Below the pieces are notes generated by a model. The model was not told the DNA's origin, searched no databases, and worked only from the letters and a program-made list of their open reading frames with translations. A program made the translations under genes and the position numbers. From Lama guanicoe (lineage: Eukaryota): a stretch of DNA of 64,000 nt. The stretch lies in assembly GCA_013239625.1 (NCBI GenBank), contig MU053629.1, positions 3,747,567 to 3,811,566 on the forward strand, in the 5' to 3' direction. Shown here in pieces: positions 35,151 to 49,428 of this stretch. The first letter of the stretch is position 1. Each line of letters begins with the position of its first letter.

Positions 35151-35708
35151 TTAATAAAAAATTATTAATGAGATATTTTATATTCGTTTTTATCTACCAA
35201 GTCTTTCAGATCTCATACGCATTTTACACTAATAGTGCCTCTCAGCTCAGAATGGCGACATTTCCGGTTCTCTGTAGGCACACATGGCAGGTGGCCCCCA
35301 TTTTGGACAGCCCAGGCCTAACCTAACCCTGACCCCCAACCCTTAACCCTGAAGAAAAGGTAAGTATAATAGAAGGCCCTGTTGAAGAGTAAACCTGGGG
35401 CTGTTTCTTCCTTTTTTTTTTTTTTTGCATCAATTTCTCAGAGAAGAAGTGGCACCTTTGCCAAGGAGGATTGTGCCATTTTGGAAGCTTCACGCGCATC
35501 TCAGTTCTGGGGCTGGAAGAGACAACCAAGTCTCATCCAGCAAGTGGGAGGTGGGCAGCACTCTGTGTGAGAGGGTCAAAAAGGAGACGCTGCAAGGTGG
35601 GGCCCCAGAAGAGAACCAGGTGGCTGCACTGGGGGAGGGGGTTGCTGTGGGCTATTCATGACCCAGGAGGACAGGGCTGTGGGCTCTTGGCAGAACCAAG
35701 CCCTGAAC

Positions 35709-36161
35709 TGTTACCCAAGGCAAGTTCCTGTGCCCGACGCACCATAAGGCCAAACAAACTGAAATTCTGGAGTTTGGAGCAGAGGAAGGTTTACTGCAGG
35801 GCCGAGCAAGGGGGACAGGGAGGCTCATGCCCGAGAAAACCTTGAACTTCCCCGAAGGGTTTCAGCAAAGCATGTTAAGGGAGGGGGCTCAAAGAGTAAG
35901 CGATCAGCTGGTGCGCTGTTCTCGGATTGGCTGATGCTGAGGTAACAGGGCAGTCAGCTCTACCAACCCCAGGGTGCAGGAAGGTCGGGGGCCACGTGCT
36001 CTGGATCATCCAGTAGTCAATTTCTTCCCTTTGGTGATGATTTTTTGCATCTGAAGAACTCAGAAAATATACACTAGATACTATGATCTGGGTAGTTAGT
36101 TCAGAGAGGAGCTACGGCAGAGGATATGGGGGAGAGGTCTGACCCTGGAAGGCCCCACACA
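35709..36161 (-). mobile_element. ERV1-like solo LTR
   Basis: TG...CA termini flanked by GAAC at 35705-35708 and 36162-36165; resembles recalled cetartiodactyl LTRs. Confidence 0.55.
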
Positions 36162-39100
36162 GAACCAAGCTCCGCATCCCTGTGGAGTCCCGGTTGGGGG
36201 CAGCCCCCTCCCGTGATGGGCAGCAGGGAATGTTTCTAGAAGAGGGGGGTCAGAGCTGGGTCTCTTCCCTTCTCCTGTCAGCACCTCTGTCCAACCTTTT
36301 CTCTCTCACGTCCCCTCCCAGAGCTAAGGTGAGTGCCACACTGAAAACGCCTGTTGCTCCCCTAATGCCCAGGCTCTGGTTGGCTCTGCAGGAGCAGCCC
36401 TGAGAAGTGTCAAATGATGGCAGAGGCTGGATTCCCTCCACCTGGAGGCCTGACCTTACCTGCAGGCGGCCCCTCCCCATTCTGTGCCTTGTGACCCGTA
36501 CATGCAGCCAGGCCACCTGTCTGTGGCTTTCAAACACTAGCCCCTTCCACTCAGAAGTCAGAGTCACTCACAAAATGTGTGTGAGTGTGCGAAGGGGGTA
36601 CTCCCAGACTGAGGGTGGCACTGAGGGCTGTCTGGGGTGCAGAGTTGATGGCTGGAGTCTCTAGGACGAGCCTGGTATAAAGGGTCATTCATTCCTGACA
36701 GGTGCGTGGTGGACGTGGGGCCTGGCCGGGACTGGCCGGGGCCAGCCGGAGCTTTCTGCAGGATTTAATCAGGGCTGAGTGGGCTGGAGTTGTGCCCTAT
36801 CCCAGGTTGCAGTTTCACGAGCCCCGTGTGGGTACCAAAAGCCAGCCCGAGCCAGCTGACCGCAGAGCCAGGAGGTCACGTGGGTGGCCACACGATGCTG
36901 CCTGCTTAGGTGCAGAGGGGCAAAGCGAGGGTGGGAGGAGGAAATGCATTTGGATTCAGGGTCCCTATCCTTCCTTCAGAGCTTTGTTTGATGGAGTCTG
37001 GGGACTGGGAGGGAGGACTTCAGGGAGTGAGCTGGGCAATGTGGCTGGAGTAAGTCTCAGGCCAGCAATTCAGTGTGCAAGACAAAGAAATATGTTTTTC
37101 TGTCATTCCACTTAAGTAGTTGTTGTAAGCCCCCCTCAGGGAGGGGAAGCCAGAGAGGGAAGTGGGACTTCCCTTCTTCCCAACGGGTGGTCTCAGTGCC
37201 ACCAGGCAGCGCTCTCCTGATGTTTCTGCCTTGGTGGTCGGGGGCCTGAGAATCATTCTGCCCATTCTGAGGTCTTGCTGGGACACAGCAAGGTGAGGGG
37301 TGCTCATGGCCCTGTCCAGATGTGCTCCCCAGAAATTCCCTGGCTGGGAGGGTCCCCTGGACCCACAGACGTACCTTGGGCTTAGCAGCTTCCCAGGACA
37401 TCTTAGATTTCATAATTGGTTTCTGTCGTCTCTGTTCCCTGTGGCCCAGGGTCCGGGGGCTGGATGGGCAGTGAGGGAGGTTGTCCTCTGGACTCCTGAG
37501 GACACCACCAGTGTGGCTCACTCCACTGAGGGGGTAAGGCTGCCATGTTCCAAGGGTCAAGGTGACCTTCCACTCTCTTGGGGATCAGGTCACATATTGC
37601 TGTGATATCATTAGTCAACTGTGTGTCCCCAGGGCCATGGGGGACCATGACCTAGCTGGATTCTGGAAGCCCTCTGGGCTCCAGTTTCCCTGATCAGGCC
37701 CAGGGAGGAGGAGATGGCTGGCTTCCCTGAAGGAGAGTGGGGAGTCCTGGTTTGCCCAGACTGGAAAGGGGGTGATTCCTGAGATGAAGGACTTTCAGTT
37801 CCCAAGCTGGGACCATCCTGGGTAAACCAAGATGAGCTGTCACTCTATCTTTTCCCCTCCCTGCCTCCCTCCCTTCTGGTATAACAGGCCTGGGGAGGGG
37901 AGGATGGAGTCAAAGGCCCTCCATTTCTGTGCTCTATGCTTGGGACAGGGTGCTAGGGAGACCTGCCCTTGGAAGTTGATTTGAAAGGACAAGACTCCTG
38001 GGTGAGACCAGCTCCAGCCCTCCCCACTGTCCCCACCCCCAGTAAAGGAGTAAGGATTTTTTTGGTGCCCCTGTCCCCATGCTGGAGGGCTGCCCTGCCT
38101 GGCCTCTGTTGAAGGTGGGCCTGAGGGCTTATGGATCAATAGGCCCAGGAGGCAGAGCCCATCCTGTCTCACTCTGTGACCTTGGGCAGGTCACTTCCCT
38201 TCCCTCTCGCCCCAGTCTCCTTGCTGTGAAATGGAGGGTCAGGTTTAGAGGGTCTGTTGAGCCCCGCACAGCTCTCAAAACTGTCGTTTGTGCCCCCATG
38301 GGTGAGAACCCTGACTGCTCTCCCTGTGAGCCCTGGGAAGTCTGGAGGCGCCAAAGTCTTGAGCTACTAGACTTTGGGAAGGACACTGCCTGTGGGTCTG
38401 GACAAAGGAAATATGTTAGTCCTGTACCGAGAGGGCGGCAGTTGGTGCCAAGGCCTCCGAGGACTTGGACTCCTCCAGCGAGTCCAACCCTCCTGACTGC
38501 CAGAAGCAAACTGAGGCCCAGAGAGGGCAAGTGGGCTGCCCAAGGTAACACAGCAAGTGGTGACGGAGTGGGCGTTAGACGCCTGATCTCCCGGCTCCTC
38601 CCCAGGGTGTCTCGCCCCTTCTCAGGCTCACTCTGGTTACGAAGTGCTCATCACGTGGAGTGGCTCCTCCTCCCCGGCCCTCAGCTTCCTGAACCAGGAG
38701 CACTTAGCCCCTCAGATCTGGCAGGAACCCCACAAACAGGGGGCTATCATAGGCTGTGGCTCACCTCAGCTGCTGGAGGAGGGGTGTGTGTGCTCTGGTG
38801 CCCCCCTAGAGCTGGGGGAGCTGGGAGGTGGGGAGTGGCTGGGGGGCTGGGCGGGGGTGTGTGCAGCCAGGGTTCCTGATGGGTGTGGAGCTTCGATCTG
38901 GGTCCTTCTGTTTAGTGGGGTCCTTGGCCCTGGTGGAGGTTTTTGGACTTTAACCCCTAAGACCTTCAATAATAATAACAGTGACAGTAGTCATAGTAAT
39001 GACAGATTGCGTTTGTTGAGAGCTTACTGTGCTCTGGGCTCTGTTCTGGGCGCTTTGCATGTGTTTAACCCTCACAATAGCCTTGCGGGGGAGGAAGTCT

Positions 39101-40923
39101 CATTATGACCATTTTACAGCTGAGAAAACCTGGCAGAGAGACAGAAATACTACGTGGTCATCCCTCTGAAGTCAGGGCAAGACGAGCTTCTACTCTCAGG
39201 AGACTAAAGTAGCTTGAAAGATTTTTTTTTTTTTTAATTGAAATATGGTCAATGACACAATGTTGTGTCAGCTTGAAAGGTTTTGTCCTATAATTTAGAG
39301 CAGAGTAAAAGCCCTTTTAGAGCATTGTACCCACCATCTTTGACAACTGAAATTTAAAAACAGTATTTTAAATGACAAATTTTCTCTGCCTAATCTTGGC
39401 ATCTGATTAAATGCCTGGGGAGGGAATGGCTTCGCATTTCCTGGGACACTTGGATGAGCTGCCCCCAGGGGGCACTCATGCGCCGTCTGGGTAGCACGGT
39501 CTGGCCAGACATACCTCCCAGGATGGTCTGCAGTGGTGCCCTGGGGGACATTGAGTTTTAAACTCCATAGTGTGATAACTCCCCCATTTAAGGGAGACTC
39601 CTCGGGAGGGCCTACTGCTGCCCAGCGTGGTGAAGGTTGAGCCTCAAGGAATTTGTATGCAAAATATTACGATGGGGACACACAGAATGCTCCTAGGGAG
39701 AGGGTCCATGGTTTCCATTAAGTGTCACAGAAAAGGCTGCTACCCCCTCATGATTAGGAACTCTGCCCTGGGTACCAGAGTCCCAGGACCGGAGTGCTAC
39801 CTCCTGAACCACGGCTGGTCACTTTGGCATCCCCCGGGGCGGGGCAGGCAATGCGAACTTCTCTGAGCCCCTGAGGAAAAGCCAGCAGAGTCCCTACTCT
39901 CCTCTCCGAAAGTGGGAACCTTGCAGAAGATGCCCCGTTGCCCCGCCCGGCCCGCCCCTGCCTGAGCGGTGTCCAGGACCCTGGTCTGAGGGCAGGAGAA
40001 AGCCCGGTTCTGCCGCTCACTTGCCTGGCATCTTCACCTTCTGGGCCTCAGCTTCCTCACCTGTAAAATGGGGATATGAGTATCTGCTTCGGAGAGTGGT
40101 TCAGAGAATTAGAGGAGAGGATTCTCAGGGGTGGAGGGCTGTTACCCCTGCGGAGCTGGGCACCGGGGAGCCCCTTGGGCCATTCCAGACTCATGTTCCT
40201 TTTCCTCCAGGGCCGAGGCCCTCTGGCCTGCAGAGCATGGACATGGACAGAGCACTGTGTGCTGACCAGGCCTTCAGGGCTGCAGCAGGACAGACAGTAT
40301 GTGTGTCCCCTTCAAATGGAACAGGTAGGTGATGTGGTTAAGCAAGAATGTCATCTCCACGGGAGAAGGAGTTCTCTTTCGTCCACTGTTGCGTCCTCAG
40401 AGCCTAGAACGTAATCTGGCCAATAGCAGGTGCTCAGTAAATATTTGTTGAATAACGGATGGGACCACGGAGAAGGGGGAGCCAGACATAATCCAGAAAA
40501 GTGTGGGGAGGGGCTGTGACATTTTATCGCACGTCAAAGGTCCAGTTTCAGCTCTGCCACCAACTTTCTGGGTGACCCTGGGCAAATCCCTTCTCCTCTC
40601 TGGACCTGCCTTCCCATCTATAAAGAAAGGGAATTGGCCCAGGGTGTCTCCAGGCTCCATCCAGCTCCAACGCCTTGTGCATCAGTGGAAAGCAAGACCA
40701 ACTCTTGAGGGCAGGATTTGATAGAGAGAAGAGAAATGGGCATGAGAAGCCTGGGGTGGGGGGCGGGTAGGCTGCAAGGGACCTGGAGGGGCGGCCATGT
40801 CATGGAGGCACGGCAGGGGGCGCTCATCCTATGGGGAGACCAGACCAGGGCTTGGCAGCTGGGGACTATGGGCAACATTCTGCTGCCTCTCACAGGAGTT
40901 CCCTCTCCTGTTCCAGCCCTTCC

Positions 40924-41006
40924 TTTTAGAGGAGGGACTGGGGATTGAATCCAGGACCTCATGCACGCTAAGCATGTGTTCTACCGCTGAGCCACACCCT
41001 CCCCCC
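40924..41006 (-). mobile_element. Vic-1-like SINE (head only)
   Basis: ctggggattgaatccaggacctcatgcacgctaagcatg...tgagccacaccctcccc. Confidence 0.8.
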
Positions 41007-41329
41007 TCCGCCACTTCATCTTTCTCTCCTTGAATTTCTTCTAGAACTGAGCTGACCATTACTTTCTGCCTATAGCCTGATATCAAGGCATATCTAGGAA
41101 TATAATTAGATGTGTTTTATTGTCTCATTTAAACAATAGATTTCATCAGTAATAGAGCATGTGTTTTTGTTGTACTGGTGACCGAAGACTATTAATGTGA
41201 GATTTCCCTGTGTCCTTCTGAGAAGTTCTAATGTGTTGTCCTTCCCCCAACCCCGACCAGGACTGCCCTGTCTCCAGCAACCAACGAAATCATCCTGAGC
41301 ACAACTCAACAGCATTAACAATTACTTAC

Positions 41330-42200
41330 AACAAAAGTAGTATGTGCTTTAGGATGAACATTGCAGAATTATATGAGATTTTTTTTCAAAAGTGAACTCT
41401 ATCCCCCTCCATGTCATTATCTCATACTAACAGTTTAGTGCATCACTCCCGACATTTCTGTGCATACATGAACTATGCACACAAACGTTTGTACAATGTT
41501 TTTGTACAAATAAAATTATAATCTATGTACTGTTCTGCAACACATAGACCCTTCCAAGTGGGAACATGTGAGTGTTTGTCATTGTTTGCATGACCGTAAT
41601 GGACCTTTGGATCATTTCCAGTTTTCCATTATTGCAAATAGTACTGATACAATACGTTGTACCTAATCTGTGCGCTTGTATGTGTTTATCTGCAAGGTAA
41701 CTTTCTAGGATTGGAATGACTGAGTCAAAGAATATACAGATTTAAAACATTTGTAGACTTCATAGACCAAGCTGACTTCCAAAACCAAATTTTTGTACAC
41801 TTACATGTTCACACACTGTGTGTGCAATTGCCTATTTCCCCACGTCGCAGCCAGGCCATCTTTCCCATCTTTATTTATCTGATAGGTGAATGTTGTATCT
41901 CAGGGTTTAAAATTTGTGTTTCTTTAACTGCAAGTGAAGTTGAACACCTCCTCTTATATTTTTGGGCCTCGTATACTTTTCCTGATATCCATATCTGTTT
42001 CTTATTGATTGTAAAAAGTACTTTACATATGAAGGATATCATCAAATTAATCTTTGGTTTGCCACAATTACTAGTGAATATTTTTTCTTAATTTGTTTCT
42101 GTTTTATTGATTTAGATTTCATTTCCAAAGTTTATATGTAGTAACAGTTATCAGTATTCCCTTCTTGGAGTCCTGGATTCTTGCCTTTTTAATAGTATAA
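41330..42200 (-). mobile_element. Ancient L1 (L1ME/MC-like) fragment
   Basis: ttccagttttccattattgcaaata...ggaatgactgagtcaaag...tgaagttgaacac. Confidence 0.6.
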
Positions 42201-42724
42201 CCTCAGTGACTGGGAAGATCCTTAATCACATACTGAGATTTAGGGGAGAGAGGGTTTTGCCATTTGTGGCTGAAGAGTGAGCGATGCAGAGGGCCTGTCC
42301 TTTGCTAGGTCTGGAATCTGATATCTGATGTGGAGGAGAGAGGTCCTAGACCTTGGTGCCCCTCTCAGCTGTCAGCTCCCTGCCTCCGTTTTTCTAAACA
42401 CAAAATGAAGGGGTTGAACTGGTTGAACTCCAAGGTCACTTCCTGTTTTAATGTTTGATGAGTTTGTTCATACATGGTGTTGCCCTCAGACAAGTTGCTG
42501 TCCCTCTTGGGAACTATTTCTCGTCCTCCATAAAAGGCAGGGGTAGAACAGAGTGATGAGTCCGGTCCTTTCCAGCACTGAGGACTCACGCCCTGTAGAG
42601 CTCCAGCCTTCACCGAGCCTCAGAGTCACCTGCGAGCCGTCAAGAACTTGGATGCCAATTAAATGAGAAGATCAGAGCCCCTCGAGGTGGGCTCTCAATA
42701 GCTTTTAATGCTCCTGGCTGACCG

Positions 42725-42800
42725 ATGCTCCATGTCTGGGGTGGACCTGAGATTCTGCATTTCCAGTGAGCTCCAGGTGACGCAGAGGTTGTGGGTCCAG
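42725..42800. mobile_element. MER5A-like hAT fragment
   Basis: ctggggtggacctgagattctgcatttcc...ctccaggtga. Confidence 0.6.
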
Positions 42801-45800
42801 GACCACACTTGCCATAGGAGGCTGGCAGCACTGGCCTCCCCAGGCAGCTGCTTAGAAATGCAGAGTCTCCCATTGATTTCCTCAGTCTGGCTTCCCCAGG
42901 TCCTTCTGTGCCACTTAGAACATCCTTATTTTCAAAAGCCAGGCTTTGGAAGTTACACTGTTGTATTTGCTTTTTGATAATTCGTCGAGCTATACACTTA
43001 TGATCTTGCCAAGGAGAAGGGGACAGGACCAGGTCATTCTAGACGCCGAAAAGGATCAGAAGCCCTAATGCAGCCGCGCTTGGCAGGACAAGCCACACAT
43101 AGGGGTGTTATTTGGGAGTCAAGAGGACAATGCTGTTGGGTGCTTTTGCTCCCCTTCTTTTTTTTTTTAATTGAAGTTTAGTTGATGTACAATATTATAT
43201 AAGTTACAAGTGTACCATATTGTGAGTCACAGTAATTTTTAAAGGTTATGCTCCATTTATAGTTATTATAAAATTTTGGCTATACTCCCCATGTAGCACG
43301 GTATGTCTTTGTAGCTTATTTGATGCATAATAGTTTGTACCTCTTAGACCCCTCGCCCGTAGTGCAATCCCCCTCCCCTTTTGCAATCTTTCTAACACAG
43401 AAGGAAGAAGAGGGTGAAGGGGCCCTGCTCGGCTCCTAAAGACTTCCCTGGGCCTGTGGCTCTTTGAATTGGCTCACTCGCGATGCCTCCTTCTCTGTTA
43501 TTCACTTTTGAGGTCAAAAGGCATTCAAGCAAAGCAGCTGGCCTGGCACATAGTAGGTGCTCAAGTCAGTCCAGTCCAGCCCTCGGTGGGGGCTCACCCT
43601 GAAACACATCGCGGCCAGATCTTGGTTCTGGAGTCAGGTGTCGTGCTTCGTGGGGTCAGACAGACCTGGTTTGCCCCCTGCTCGTAGTAGGACCTTACGC
43701 GAGTCATTTCCTCTCCCGGCACCTCAGTTTGCTTGTCCGTCAGTGCAGACAGTCAAACCGCTTTGGCAGGGTTGTCATGAGGATGAGATGAGGCCACGCG
43801 TGTGAAGCGTGGAGGCCTGGACCAGGCCCGGAGTCAGCCTGAGTTCAGGCTGTGGGTAGCTTCCTCCCTCCCGCCCCAGGGGAGCCCTGGCTTCAGAGAA
43901 CAGGGTCCCCTTTGACTCTGCCGGCCACCATGGTCACTGTACCACAATCACTGAGGGCTGCAGAGCAAATATCCCATCAGGCCCAGGCTTTGGCGGCTGC
44001 CGCTCCGGCTAGCCAGGCTGGGAGACAGGGGTGTGGGGACCCCGGCCTGCCTTGGTTGCCCCGAGCTGGCTCCTTTTCTTTGTCCCGGAGCCTGGCAGAG
44101 CCCTGCTGCCTGGGGCCAGTGGAGGGAGGCGACTTGGCAGCAACACATCCCCACACCCCTATGCCATGGGCATGACTGCTATCCCCATTTTATAGATGGG
44201 GAAACTGAGGGAATTTCTCCCCAGCTCTGGTGACCACTGGGGGCCGTGGGTGGCCAGAAGTGCCTCCTGATTGGCTGTAGGTCTGAAGGGCTAACCCATC
44301 CCCTGAGAGGGGCTTGGTCTCCAGAAGACCCTGGTTTAAATGGGCACTTCGGGCCTGGCACACGTTTACTGGGCATAGGATTTGTGCCTGGCCCTGCGGC
44401 CGGCCAAGGGAGCAGGGACTGCATCAGATACAGCCCCTCACGGGCACAGGTTCAAATCCCAGCTCTGCCAGCTCTAGGGACGGCCCCTCTGGGACAGCCC
44501 CTCAATTTCCTCATCTGTAAAATGTGATGAAGGGAAAATTAAAGTATTGTGTGTGAAAGTGATTTTGAAAACTGTGCTGTTTATGCAAGTGAGGGTCTAT
44601 CAACACTCCTGAGCCGAAGCCCCAGTCTCTGTCACTGGGAAAAGCCCAGGAGACAACGGGTGAGGGGTTTTGGTGGGTCGCACAAGACAGGAGGTACTTC
44701 TAGTCAGAAGGCTGGACGGGGCAGAAGGCTGCTCATTTTTCAGAGAAAAAAGAGGAGAAAGAGGCCCAGAGGAGGACTTTGCCCAAAGACTGGAGAAGCA
44801 GGAGTTGATCCCAGCTCTTGGCAGGAGTCCCCAGTCTGGACTGCTGTGCAACCCTGGGAAACTGCTGTAACCTCTCTGGGCCTCAGTTTGCCCCTCTGTT
44901 GGTCAACTGGAGGGGCTGCTGGGAGTGTTTTTTTTTCTGAAGCATGGGTACATCATTTGGTCCCTCTAACTCTGCTGTGGACAAGGTGGAGCTGGGTCTG
45001 GAGGAGGGGAGGTGGGAGGTGAGGATCCCAGCTGACCCACAGGCATTCCAGCCCGAGGTGGGACCTGAGGCCAGGAGAGCAGCTCAGGGAGCAGGCATGC
45101 GGGCTGAGGTGGGGAGGAGGAGGAAGAGGAGGAGGCAGGGGACCGCTGCCAGCCAGGAAATGTCTGCTGGCTGGCATCAGGCGTGCTTGAGTTAGCGTGC
45201 TTCCTGTAAGCAGTGCACATGAGCCCAGTGACCTCACCCCTCAGACATTCCAGGACAGCCCCCCATTCCAAAGAGGCCGCCCCATTGTCCCCTGGAATAG
45301 CACACGGGCGGCAGCGCCGACCTCTCGGCATCCAGACAACATCCATTCATTCAGCACTGTTTACCGAGCACCCACTTCAGGCGGGCACCCTGCCAGACAC
45401 CGGCACACAGAGAGAGACTGGAGCCCAGTGGCCAATGGGTCCACATCTTCCAGCCAGGCCCCCGGTACCTGGAGCTGGTGACAATCTCCCTGCATCTCTT
45501 GGTTGGGACTCTGAGGTCATCACCCGGGGAAGACTCGAGAGTGCGTAAGCCTTGGGGGCAGCGGGGGGCTGACCACAAACATTGATTTGGCCCCGTTCAT
45601 GACAAGCACTGCACTGAAAGGGTCTGCATCTGTTGTCTCATTTAAGTTTCCCAACAAGGATTAGGTGTCATCATCCTCATTTACAGAGACATAGTCCCAG
45701 GTGAGTGAACTTGCCCCAGTTTACACAGGTTAGGGAAGTCTGCGCCAGGATTCCGAGCCAGGTCTTTCCTGAGCACCAAGTCCTCACAACCTAGTCCCCC

Positions 45801-48800
45801 GAGCCCCTGGCCTCGATTTGGATGCTCGGTTTGAAATCACCCTCTAACCTGGTGACTTTGGGCAAGTTGATTGGCCTCTCTGAGCCTTGGTTTTCTCATC
45901 TGCCAATGGGGCTCATGGGGTCTAATTCATAGGACTGCTGTGACGTTTAAGCGGGACAATGGATGTCAAAGAACCCTGCTCACTGGCTGAGGCAAGAGGC
46001 TTCAGGAGACCTCACTCGGGAGGTCTCAGCTCCCAGAATTCTCCGGGCACACAGGACCTGGAAACTCTCAAGCCCCTCCCGTGGCCTCCAGGTCTAATCA
46101 CTCTGGGTCACCCGCCAGAACTGACAGAGTGCACCCCATTTTGCTAAGTGCCGTGGGCAGGGACAGATGGGGAGCAACGAGAGGAGAGGAAGGTGCAGAT
46201 GAAAAACAGGACAGAGAGGTCCTGTCCCCTTCCCCATCCTCTCCCTCCTCGGTATTTGAGGATCTTGGGGGTGAGGAAGGACCGTTCTGCTTGAAATAAT
46301 GAGACCGGCACAAGCCACTGTAAGTGACCATTGCTGCTCACATTTCCTTTTATGAAGATAACTCACGTCTTAAATCATTGCATCCCAAAGACAGCTCTGT
46401 GATGTGCTAACATTATCCCCATTTTGCAGATGAGCAGTGGAGGAAACTGACCCTTAGACAGATTCCCCCGAGGCTCCTGAACTAGTCGGTGAGTGGGATT
46501 TCAGCCTCTGCTGGTACCCCTGACCCTTTTGTGGAAGCTTCCAGAGCCAGGTAGTGGAGGGTGAAGGTTCTCATTAGAGAAAAGGAGAAGGCTTTGCTAT
46601 CTACAGCTGTGCAGACCTCTTACAAAAGCCTTGAGGCGGGTAAAATAGAAGCCACCGGAATAAAACACCCTTGAGATGTTTGCCCCTCTCTCACACCCTC
46701 TGTTAGAAGAAAGCCCGCCATCCCGTCTACCCAGAAACCCTTTGTCTGCAGTTCCCACAGCCTAGCCTGGGCTGGCAGCCTAGCTCTTCTGTGGAACTAC
46801 ACCAACCCGGCATGTCTAGATAGTGCTGGGGGCCTGGTAAGGGTTCCGGCTGCCACCATTAGCTCGATGACCTTGAGCCCATCACAACTTCTCCAAGCCT
46901 CAATTTTGCCATCTGCTAAATGGGGATATTGATAAATGTTGTGATGGGAGGATTGTACTGGGCACAGCCTGGAGCATTTGACTTTCTTTCTTCCCTCCCT
47001 CTGGGGAGACGTAGCTTTCCCCCTTTCTCTCCTGCTGAGAGGTGGCATCAGATAAAGACGAGATAGTTTAACTCTGGGCATCCGCTGCAGATAGCTGAGC
47101 TCAAAACTCCTCTCTCCCTTGCACCAGCCCTGATCAAGTGTGTCACTTCTCTGAGCTGCAGTTTCCTTATCTGTAAAATGGGAATAAAATGCCAACCACC
47201 CAGAGTGAACTCCCTTCGTTCACCTGGAGGTGCTACCCACCAGACAGGAGGTTCACAATCAGATGGATGACCCTGTGGAGAGAGCAATGCTTAACCCAGA
47301 GGAACGCCTCAAAGTGAGTGACATCTCGGAGGAGTGGGGAAGACGTTTCAGGGTGAGGTTTGTGGAAGTTTCTAGCACCTCCTGAAATCAAATCTCCTAC
47401 GTTATTTGTTACTCAGATAGAAAAACCTGGTTCAGATATTCATAAAGGGAAAACCATGTTGCTCCAAGAAGGAATATGGCTCCCAGGTCACAGAATGCCA
47501 AGGCAGGTTGGGGACAGAGGCTCTGAAGGGGGAGTGAGCTGGACCCTGGGCTCCTTCTGGTTTTTCTGCCCTCGTTTAATCCAGATCAATGCAACAGAGA
47601 CTTTTTGAGCTTCTGCTATGTGCAGGTACCATGCAAGGCACTGTGTAGGATCAGGTGACTCATTAGCGCTGTCTGCCCCTAAGAATCTCATAGTTGAGTC
47701 AAAAGAATTAATAATGATACAAATAAGATACCTCTAGGCACCTCTGTCTCACAGGCACCTTGCACGGAACCCGGTACAGAGTAGGTGCTGAGTGCATGTT
47801 AATTGAATGTAACTAAACTATAGACTACAATGTGGGGTGGTTTCCCAGAGGAGGGGTCATTTATACTGGGCTTTGACGGCTGCCTAAGAGTCCTCCACTC
47901 CTCCGTGTGTCCATGGATCCTCCATCAAGGCTGATGAAGACCATGCAGAGCAAAACCCAGCTTCTCCTCATTCCTGCCCACCAGCCCTCATCTGAACTCT
48001 GAGGAGTCTCCGGATGTGAGCAGGAAGTGGCCGGGCTGCGGAAGGCAGGCTCATTTCCAGTGCGGGGCCGGGCCGCCAGCCCCAGGTCCTGTTTACACAG
48101 CAAGGCGGACAGGCCGACAGGACTTGGCGGCAAATGCGCTTCTGCCTCTGAGAACAGAAGGGGCTGGCAGAGCCTGGCCAGGCCAGGCGCGGGGTGGCCT
48201 GTGCCAAGGGGAAAGTCAAATGTAAAGAGTGTTTCCTCCCGGCCGGGCGGCCCCAGACTTTTGTCTCCAGTCTGCAGGCAGTTCCTCCAGTGATTCATAA
48301 TCAGCGGGAACTTATAAATAAACCCCACCTCGGCCTCGCACCACAGCCTGGCTGGGACCTGGGCGGGAGTGAAGTCGGGGAAGGTGGGGGGGCACCGGGA
48401 AACAGCGATGCTAACGAGGCTTGGGGGACCAGGGTAACACCAGCTGCTGGGCAGGGGCACCTCTGGCCTCGTGCAGAGGGACTGCAGGGCTGTTGCCAGC
48501 AGCCATGCACCCCCTGAGAACTGGGGCGTGGGGCCACCGTCTGGAGCAAAGAATGCTGAGAGGGCAGGGATCACCATCTGCTCCCCAGGAGTGTGGGAGA
48601 TGAAACTAGGTAGAATTTTGAAGTAGCTGGGCTTTGAAACATTTTCTTCTGATATAATTTCAAATTATGGAAAAGTTGCAGAAACAGAACAGAGAACGCC
48701 TGTGTAACCTGCAGCCTGATTCATCAGTTGTTTATATTCTGTCCCATTTTGCTTCATCATTCTCTTTTTCTCATATTTTCTTTTTTTGGGGGGGGAACCA

Positions 48801-48814
48801 TCTAAAAGCAGGTT

Positions 48815-49428
48815 TCCAACTGTGGAAAACAGTATGAGGTTTCTCAAAAAACTAAAACAACTAAAATGACCGTATGACCCAGCAATTTCACTACTTGGGT
48901 ATATATCTGAAAACAAACAAACACACTATTTTGAAAAGATAAGTGCACCCCAGGGTTCATAGCAGCATTATTTACATTTGCCAAGATATGGAAGCCACCT
49001 AAGTGGCCATCGAGAGATGACTGGATAAAGAAGATGTGGATATATATGTATGGAGGAATACTACTCGGCCATAAAAAAGAACAAAAGTTTGCCATTTGCA
49101 GCAACATGGATGGACTCGGAGGGCAGTATACTAAGTGAAGTGAGTCAGACAGAGACAAATACTGCATGATATCACTTAACATGTGGAATCTAAAAAAATA
49201 CAGTAAACTAGTGAATATAACAAAAAAGAAGCAGATTCACAGATACAGAGAACAAACTAGTGGCTACCAATGAGGGGGAGAGAGGCAAGTAGGGGTGAGG
49301 GAGTTGGACTATTGGGTGTAAGGCTATAAGGATGTATTTTACAGTATGAGAAAGACAGCCAATATTTTGTAATAACTGTAAATGGAGTGTAGCCTTTAAA
49401 AATTGTATTAAATTTAAAAAATAATTAA
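48815..49428 (+). mobile_element. L1 3' end (ORF2 C-terminus, 3'UTR, A-rich tail)
   Basis: gtggaaaacagtatg...gacccagcaatttcact...gccatttgcagcaacatggatgg...aaatggagtgtagcctttaaaaattg. Confidence 0.9.

Noticed and set aside
38347..38359. GGCGCC...GTCT BMP-response-like motif (also at 18005)
   Set aside because: Spacers are 3 and 0 nt rather than the canonical 5.
38079..38879. 266-aa plus-strand ORF
   Set aside because: Overlaps MIR-like sequence, has no recognisable domain, and looks like a chance ORF in GC-rich DNA.
47861..48577. 238-aa minus-strand ORF
   Set aside because: No recognisable homology; GC-rich non-coding context.
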